A stretch of DNA of 63,939 bases, the filler included, from Pelomyxa schiedti (lineage: Eukaryota; Protista; Evosea), in NCBI GenBank assembly GCA_020536535.1. It is 6 parts of 6 records of this genome, joined end to end, with 100 filler letters (N's around TTAATTAATTAA, not from the genome) between each part and the next. Parts side by side here need not be neighbours in the genome. Positions count along the whole stretch, not along the records: positions 51,629 to 57,254 come from JAHLWZ010001484.1; positions 57,355 to 58,494 come from JAHLWZ010002781.1; positions 58,595 to 61,442 come from JAHLWZ010001873.1; positions 61,543 to 63,939 come from JAHLWZ010002011.1; 2 more parts are not named here. The stretch is one strand, 5' to 3'. The translations under genes and the position numbers were made by a program. Positions 56,458-63,939 of this stretch are shown in pieces (positions within the stretch are counted from its first letter, which is position 1; each line of letters opens with the position of its first letter). A model generated the notes under the pieces. That model was not told the origin of the DNA. It saw only the letters and a program-made list of their open reading frames with translations, and did no database searches.

Positions 56458-57769
56458 ACGAATAATATAGAGTTTTTTTTATAAAAAGCAGACGACAACC
56501 TGCTGTATACGTGAGTTTGCTCTGTGTGTCTTCATATGTGATCCGTACGCTTTCCGCCACCTTTCCCCCATCATGTGTGTTGTTTGTTTTGGTCACGACC
56601 CGGGCCACCTCGTCATCGGGATGTGTTTTTTTTTCTTGTTCGGGCAACTGATTGTTTTCCCCTTAATTCAGGTCTTGGCAGTGCATGTGCGAACATTCAG
56701 AGGACTGCCACAGCTGCGGTAACATCCTCTGCAGGGTCCTGGAAGTGTGGGGAGCTGCGCGCCCGTAGAGGCACAGATTCGTTCTTCTCTAAGGGAGAAC
56801 CCCAAAAAGGTTTCAACAACCAAAAACGGACAGATTTCAGAGAAACCTGCTTTCAAACCCAACACGCTCTGCTGAACTTGAATCGTCAGGCCAATAATGA
56901 AGGAGAACAGGAATTGCAGTTCCTCATCACAAATGCAGAGCTGAGGGTGTGGGAAATGGGCAAATTCAATGATGCCAAGAGGAGGTATCTCACAGCTCCA
57001 GGTTGCCATCACCGAGTGTTGTGGGAGAAAAAAGAGTATGTTATTGTTGCGTCGTTTCCCTATCGGTTGTGGGTTTGATTCTGATTTCAACAACAACGAC
57101 AGAGAACAGCGGCTGAAGATCATCATGACCACCCTCTGATGGCCAACACCGCGAGGGTGGTCATGCACGCAGGCCCGGTCACAGGTGGGCGCACACCACA
57201 TTTTTATGTAGACATGTATCAGCAAACTGCGTTTTGTTGGCATCCTCAAGAACCNNNNNNNNNNNNNNNNNNNNNNNNNNNNNNNNNNNNNNNNNNNNTT
57301 AATTAATTAANNNNNNNNNNNNNNNNNNNNNNNNNNNNNNNNNNNNNNNNNNNNAACCCCCTCTGTATCGTGTAAATAGTTAAGACAAAGTTGTTATATA
57401 AGCAAACACAAACATATGAGAACAGCAACACTATTCAGTCCACAACGTCCCTCTCCTAGACCACCACTCTTACAATATTTACGGGAGGAGCTTTTATTAA
57501 GATGAAAACCCCCATAAATACTGTAGATTTTCTAACTGGCTTTTAGAAAAAGAAAAAAATTTAGCCAACAGTTCGGTCTATTGGTGCCCCAGAATCCTGC
57601 TTCAGGGTGGTGGGAGGTTGTACGGTGTTCCGGTTATTCTTTGTGCTGATGGTGTGCAGGCAGACTGACATTGCTTGAGTAGTGCTCAGAGCTGAGATCT
57701 GTTAGGAACTCGTGCTCACAAATACACAGTTGCAAGGGAACAAAAACAAAACAAAGTGCGGAGGTCACG

Positions 57770-58294
57770 TTGCCAAATGGCAACGGCTACGGCTATGGCG
57801 ACAGGTACGGCTGCGGCTATGGCTGCCGCTGCAGCGACGGCGACGGCTGTGGCGGCGACGGCTGTGGCGACGGTGGCGACGACGGCGGCGGCGGCGATGG
57901 CTGCGGCTGTGGCGGCGGCGACGGCTGTGGCTGTGGCTGCGGCGATGGTGATGGCTACGGCTGCGGTGGCGGCTGCGGCAACGGCTGCAGCGGCTGCGGC
58001 GACGGCGATGGGTGCGGCGACGGCGACGGGTGCGGCTACGTGAGTGCAGCAACCCCAACACAATTTGTTATGCCCATCTACAATTACACTATGCAACAAT
58101 GTGTGCTTGGCCTGTGTGTCAACTCTACACAACTCAGTCACATAGTAAGTGATCAAGTGGGAACTTTGCCCACAAAGACCAGGCCCTTTTGGATTACTGG
58201 TGCTGGTACCAGACCACAGGTCTGCCTTCCTCTTCCACTTGATTTTACAGCTGTAGAGTATATTTGTCAGTTCGATGCACAACAACAGGTTTGA
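57770..58294 (+). CDS. Gly/Cys/Asp/Tyr-rich repeat protein fragment (GDGCG repeats) followed by a Cys-containing unique region
   Basis: Open frame continues from the repeat into non-repetitive sequence; gene boundaries unknown on a short contig. Confidence 0.4.
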   Translation: MPNGNGYGYGDRYGCGYGCRCSDGDGCGGDGCGDGGDDGGGGDGCGCGGGDGCGCGCGDGDGYGCGGGCGNGCSGCGDGDGCGDGDGCGYVSAATPTQFVMPIYNYTMQQCVLGLCVNSTQLSHIVSDQVGTLPTKTRPFWITGAGTRPQVCLPLPLDFTAVEYICQFDAQQQV

Positions 58295-58594
58295 CAGGAA
58301 CACTCTGTTTACTGCAGGTACTGGTGGAGAAGGCATCCTTCCGTCTTGCCATTTGTATTTTCCCAACTCATGTGAAGGTACTCTGATGTTTGATTGGACA
58401 CCCAGCTTGGTTTTTGGTATTGCTACTCAGGTCTGCCTCTATTTTGTTTCTATTTGGTAATCCCTTGATGTAGTACCTTGACTGAAGACCTGTGNNNNNN
58501 NNNNNNNNNNNNNNNNNNNNNNNNNNNNNNNNNNNNNNTTAATTAATTAANNNNNNNNNNNNNNNNNNNNNNNNNNNNNNNNNNNNNNNNNNNN

Positions 58595-58785
58595 ACGGCG
58601 AGTGGCGGGACGGCAAGATGCACGGCCGCGGCGTGTACGCCTGGCCCAACGGAGACACGCACGAGGGCGAGTTCCACAACGGCACGCAGGACGGCTGGGG
58701 CGTGCGCAGCTACGCCGCCGACGGCTCGCGCTACGAGGGCCTGTGGAGGGCCGGCCGCTGGAAGAGGGGCACACTCCACCACAGG

Positions 58786-58822
<37 letters not shown>

Positions 58823-61442
58823 CGCAAGGCGGCGCCGCGGCGGCGACCGAGACGGTGTATGAGGGAGAGTGGGACAGGGACCAGCGCCACGGGTGGGGAA
58901 CGTGGAGGTCGCCGGGCACTGGCGACATGTACCACGGCCAGTGGGACCACGGCAAGAGGGCGGGCGCGGGGAGGATGCTGTTTGGCGACAAGAAAGGGGG
59001 AGGGAGCTACGTTGGGGAGTGGGAGGGTGACATGTTCCACGGGAGGGGCGTGAGGCTGTGTGACGATGGCACGAGGTATGAAGGGGAATGGGAGCGCGGG
59101 AAGGCGCATGGAACAGGGAGGATGACATCGGCACGTGATGGGCAATCGTTTGATGGTGCTTGGGAGATGGGTGTGATGAAGTCAGGAACAATGAAGTGGC
59201 CAAATGGTGACCAGTTCACAGGCACTTTCACGGTGAGTGGTGAGGGGGATGGCACGGCCACATTCAAGAGTGATGTAGGCTCCAGAGCAGGTGTCGAAGG
59301 AACTTTGAAAAACAGTGTATTCATAGAGCGAGGGAATGTGGGGACTTGCCACAAAATGGGGTGTTGTGACCTGAAAGTGGTATCCATCTTCCCAGTTACA
59401 ATTCTATAACTGGTATTCATTGTTATAAACTCTAATTCCAGGATGAAGTGAAATCCTTGAAAAAAGAACTTCACGCAACACAACAGAAACTGCATGAGCA
59501 AACACAATGTGAGTGTTCTTCTGCTTTTGAAAACGCCCATCCTCACCTCAAATGCAGGCTTGGAGCACGTGTTGAAGCATATTCAACGAGGAGGTTGGAT
59601 GAAATCCATCAGTGCACCATCACCACTCATGTGTGTGATGAAGAAAGTCTCAGTCACACTGGACAGGCACAACATCACATTTCCTGAATCAATTTGCTCA
59701 TTGTGCCCACTGGACAAGGTATAATGATACCATTAAAATCAAGGGTTTTAAAAACAACAAACACAGGTTGTGAAGATGGAAGTTGAGAAACGATTTGGTG
59801 TGGATGAAACTGAGGAGTTCATCTCTTTTTCAGTCCTAAGTCATTCTGAAGAAGGTGGAGGAGAAAGTACCATCTCTCCATCACTGTCATTATCTCAACT
59901 GGAATCCCTTGATTCTTTTGACGCTGCAATCCCAGGTTTCTATCTTGTCCTTCAAAAATAAAAATCAACAAAAATGCAACACAGAGATGAAAGTGAGTAT
60001 GGCTCCTGTTTTGGCCATTGACGCGGCAGACCTGCATTTCCTTTCTCCCTTGGGAAGTGGACGCTATGGAACAGTGGTCAAGTGCACACACACACCCTCT
60101 GGAAGAGAAGTTGCTGTGAAAACGATGAATGATGTAATCATTTCAGAGAGAAATGTTTCAAGTTTCAGGCTCGAGGCTGAGGTATTTATTTTCACATTGG
60201 AGTTAGTCAGTTTCCCGCATGTCATGGGAACAACCAACCAACAACCACTACAAAAACACACAGATTGTGAGTGGGTTGAGGCACCCCAACCTTGCAGAAT
60301 GCATCGGAACATTGACCACTGGAACAGAGCAACTTCAAATTGTGTCTGAGCTCTTGTGTTGCAGCCTCAGACAACTTATGAAACAGGTTTTCATTGGTTT
60401 TTCTGCAAGGAGATAATTAATTAATTAATAATGAATTCACAAGTTCTTCATAAACAAAGTCACCATCATTAAAGAAAAAACTGAGCATCAAAGAAGTCAT
60501 GGCCATTTCACTGAATGTTGCAAAAGGAATGGACTGCCTCCACAGGTCTGTGCGCAACATGTGTTAAATAATTAAGAAAAACAAACTGCCCACAGCAACA
60601 ACACACCAGGCAAAAAATCTTCCACAGACACCTGAGCAGCAACAATGTGCTTTTCAACACCAATGGAGTTCCAAAGATTTGTGATTTTGGTACAACCATG
60701 ACTCTTCTGATATTCTAACCACCAACAACTTTCGAAGTGTCACAAGCAATGGATCCCCAAGGAGCAGCATCAAACAGAGCAATGAACCAAGGAACAGACG
60801 GGACAATTGATCCTGGAACACGTGTTTACATGGCTCCTCAAATGTTCACAGCGCGTGCCTCAATCAAAGGTGTGACTGATCAGTTGTTCTGACTTGTTGT
60901 TACAACAAGGAAAAACCGAATACACAGGGGACATGTGGGGGTTTGGAATCCTGGTGACTGAGATGCTCAATGGTGACGTTGTTGTTTGTCCCTTTGACAG
61001 CCTCCATGAGGCACGCTCACAAGCAGTCTTCATGAACGAACAGATGAGATTGCTTGCAAGCAATCCCCAAGAAATTGAAGGTTTTTACCTTCTTCATACT
61101 CCCACACACCCACTGAAAACAGAGGTGAGCAAACTCTGCCGGGAATCAAGCGATGCACTAATTGCAAGCTGCCTGAGCAGGAGGACTGCTTCCATTGATG
61201 CTGTTAACCACCTCATACGCTCCTCTGATACCCCTATGTTGCCAGCGGCATTGGACATCGTTGTTCTCGTCGTTCAGTCGTGCCTCTCAATCCTTGGTGA
61301 GTGTTTTTGTCTCCTTCCTTTCCACACCAACATCTCATGCACAGAGAGGAACCGGGTTCCATTCACAATGATTGCGAAACTGCTCTGGTGTTGCTGCACT
61401 GCCATTGTGGCATCATCACAACAAACAATATCACCAACAGGG
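58595..61442 (+). CDS. MORN repeats + coiled coil + TKL-like kinase domain lacking the catalytic Asp (pseudokinase); both ends in gaps
   Basis: MORN exon 58595-59400; LGSGRYGTVVK..VAVK; LRHPNL; KIFHRHLSSNNVL; ICDFG; YMAPQ; DMWGFG. Confidence 0.78.
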
Positions 61443-61542
61443 NNNNNNNNNNNNNNNNNNNNNNNNNNNNNNNNNNNNNNNNNNNNTTAATTAATTAANN
61501 NNNNNNNNNNNNNNNNNNNNNNNNNNNNNNNNNNNNNNNNNN

Positions 61543-61670
61543 TTTGCACAGATGGGTCACACCTCAGGGTGATTGAGCCATTCACTGGGTTCTGTGTCCT
61601 CACTCTCAAATTTCCACTCTGTCGGGACCTCACCGTGACACTCCCTTTTTGTTCTTGAATCCAACACAAC
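61543..61670 (+). CDS. 3' end of a lineage-specific family member (tandem copy a)
   Basis: LCTDGSHLRVIEPFTGFCVLTLKFPLC matches the tail of copy b at 62500-62610. Confidence 0.55.
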
Positions 61671-61762
61671 CAAGCTTGGTTCATCCATCAATTACGGGAA
61701 CCATGATCCACCAGCCTTCTTCCCCCCCCCCCCCAAAAAAAAAGCAAATCAACCCAGCAACA

Positions 61763-62625
61763 ATGCTAGCTCCTCAAGCGAGGAGGAGGGGGAAGAAGAA
61801 GACGATGGAGTTCGTGGTGGGGGGAGCCACTCTGCGTGCCTGTGACCAACTTGGCGCGTTGGCGTCGGCACCAACCACCTCTGTTGTTCTACCACCACGC
61901 GCCAAACCAGTGAGGAGGTGGAGACTGCGCAGCGCTCGTGATGCTGGGCAGAGGAGGGATGGCGGTGTGGTGGTCTGTGAGCAGACTGCGGAGCTCAGAA
62001 ACAAGTGTGAAGTTGTCAACACAAAGTGGATGGTGATACTTGGTTGTGGAGAGAGGAGTGGTGAGAATGAGCTTCTTGTTCATCGCTTCAACGATGACAG
62101 GAACAGGATTGGTGGATTCTCCACTTTCAAGGTTCCAACTTTCAAGGTTCCAGTGGATTTCGTTGCTGATGGTTCCTCAATGGGTGGTGGTTCGTGCCTC
62201 AGGTTCGATTGGCAAAGGCCTGATGAGTTGCTTCTTGTCGTTGTGAGAAAATCAAGGACGCCAGAGTAGTCAATCGTTGCCCTTGTGATTGATGTGGAGC
62301 AGACACACTCAAACGGCACACTGTGTGTCCTCAGCACCACCTCGTGGGCATCCCCATTTGCTTGTCTCACATCCACCTTTGTGATGAGGAAGAAAAGTGG
62401 TGCCCGTTGTTTCATCTGCTCAACACCTCGATAGAGGTGAAATGCGTGGTGTCTCCTCCGCCGTGGGGACAACTTCGAGGTGCAAGCACAGTCAGGGCTG
62501 GTCCTGTGCACAGCAGGGCCACACTTGAGGGTGATTGAGCCATTCAGTGGGTTCTGTGTTGTGACTCTCACATTTCCACTGTTCAAGGAAATCCGCATTA
62601 CACTCATGTCCACAGAAGCTTTGTG
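61763..62625 (+). pseudogene. Lineage-specific family, tandem copy b (two internal deletions, in-frame stops)
   Basis: RACDQLGALASA joined directly to KPVRRWRL; TAG at 62267-62269; collinear with copy c. Confidence 0.75.
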
Positions 62626-62704
62626 ACAGTGGCAACCAAACAACCATCTCTGCTCCAAGCCAAAAAAAAAAAAGCTGGATCAAGTAAAAAAAGCCAAAGC
62701 AACC

Positions 62705-63939
62705 ATGCTGACATCCTCAAATGAGGAGAAGGCGATGGAGTTCGTTATGGGGGGCGACAACAACAACCCCGTTCTGCGTGCCCGCGACCAACTTGGCGCG
62801 TTGGCGTCGGCGTCGTCGACCACCTCCGGTCGTCGTCGTTCTGCAGCGACCGCAAATGCAACAACCGATGACGAAATAGCCACCACCGCGACCAGCACGA
62901 CGTTGGTGCTCGCGACGGAGGGGCACGTTGGCCAGGCTGGTGTGGGACCTGGTGGCGTCGACGGCCAGGTCGTTGTTGGTCACGGTGATTGGCAGGGACG
63001 ACTGGAGGAACAGGGCCGGCGATAGGAGCTTGTGCGTGAGGGTATCGCCGCTGCTGCTCAGCGTCGTGGGCGAGATACAGGACAGGGCGCCGGCGTGGAG
63101 CACCTTGTGGGTGGATGACACGCGGTATTTGTGGGATAGATTCGATTCTGATGATCTCAGTGAAGTGCAGAGTCACAGCGGTGGCGGTGTATGTGCCGCT
63201 GTGGTTCAACCACGTACCAAACCAGTGAGGAAGTGGAGACTGTACAGTGATGCTGGCCTTGGGAGGAGGGATGACAGTGTGGTTGTTTGTGAGGAGCCTG
63301 TGGGGTTCATACACGAGTGTAAGGCTGCCAACTCAAAGTGGCTGGTACTGCTTGGTCGTGGAGAGAGTGGCGGTGAGAAGGTGCTTCTTGTTCATCGTTT
63401 TGATCGTTGCAGGAACATGATCGGTGAGTTCTCCCATTACAAGGTTCCACTGGACCTCATTGCTGATGGTGACACACTGAGAGGTGCACCCACACCAATT
63501 AGGTTCGATGGGCAAAGGCCTGATGAGTTGCTTCTTGTCGTTGTGAGAAAATCAAGGTCGGCAGATACGTCAATAGTTGCATCTGTGATTGATGTGGAGC
63601 AGACACACTCAAACGGCACACTGTGTGTCCTCAGCACCACCTCGTGGCCATCCCCATTTGCTTGTCTCACATCCACCTTTATGATGAGGAAGAAAAGTGG
63701 TGCCCGTTGTTTCATCTGCACAGAACACATCTCAGTTCCCAGGACTGGAACAGAGTACCTAGATGGATGTAAAATGTGTGGCTTTGCAGTTGAAGAAACA
63801 ACTGGCCGCGTCACACCGCTTGCCCCATACACTTGGTTTGACCCTGTGAGTGACTCTGTGTTCCTCATCAGGGCTCCTCTTGCAGAACACAACTGCCTGT
63901 TGATTTGTGATTGCAATGACCCAACCAACCCCTCAAAAG
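62705..63939 (+). pseudogene. Lineage-specific family, tandem copy c (one frameshift near 62920; runs off window end)
   Basis: RARDQLGALASA..VLAT then shifts frame to TLARLVWDLV..RVSPLLLSVV..ANSKWLV..VIDVEQTHSNGTLCVLSTT, open to the window end. Confidence 0.6.

Larger units (their letters stand above)
53832..56896. mobile_element. Mosaic of inverted and direct repeats, probable degenerate transposon-derived region
   Basis: IR 53832-53905/54914-54987; IR 54984-55088/56792-56896; diverged direct repeat about 55265-55395/55965-56085 with Cys-rich frames; no long ORF. Confidence 0.4.

Noticed and set aside
57299-57310. TTAA as a piggyBac target site near the repeat mosaic
   Set aside because: Part of the artificial TTAATTAATTAA linker
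57756-58043. Ala/Thr-rich antifreeze-like protein
   Set aside because: Alternative frame of a GGC-rich repeat; it stops right after the repeat, whereas the Gly/Cys frame continues
1-63939. tRNA, rRNA or snRNA genes
   Set aside because: No cloverleaf or conserved rRNA/snRNA motifs noticed by eye; tRNAscan-SE and Infernal were not run, so small ncRNAs cannot be excluded

Overview
Eukaryotic, gene-dense draft assembly with many short GT-AG introns (about 45-100 nt). The gene style and low-complexity Q/T/N/P tracts fit an intron-rich amoebozoan, possibly Pelomyxa/Archamoebae-like; this is an unverified inference. The window is not one contig: five 100-nt N blocks carry an artificial TTAATTAATTAA spacer, five plain 100-N gaps are present, and two segments look like alternative haplotigs. 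Recognisable genes: two Rab1 paralogs, HSP20, CCT7, RNase H2 subunit C, an NDK-domain protein, a WD40 NEDD1-like protein, PP2C, a USP53/54-like DUB, an ankyrin-repeat protein and a fimbrin-type CH-domain coiled-coil protein. The accessory content is more interesting. It includes an intron-containing bacterial-type vWA gene and modular repeat + coiled-coil + effector genes (SEL1-kinase, MORN-RING, MORN-pseudokinase). A lineage-specific family with a shared N-terminal motif occurs in birth-and-death tandem arrays, and one relative is fused to a Cys-less E2 domain. There are also two long foldback inverted repeats, a patchwork rearrangement at 20-24.5 kb, a 105-bp dispersed element that interrupts an exon, and very short same-strand intergenic spacers. 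No rRNA, tRNA or CRISPR array was seen. All exon assignments were made by eye.
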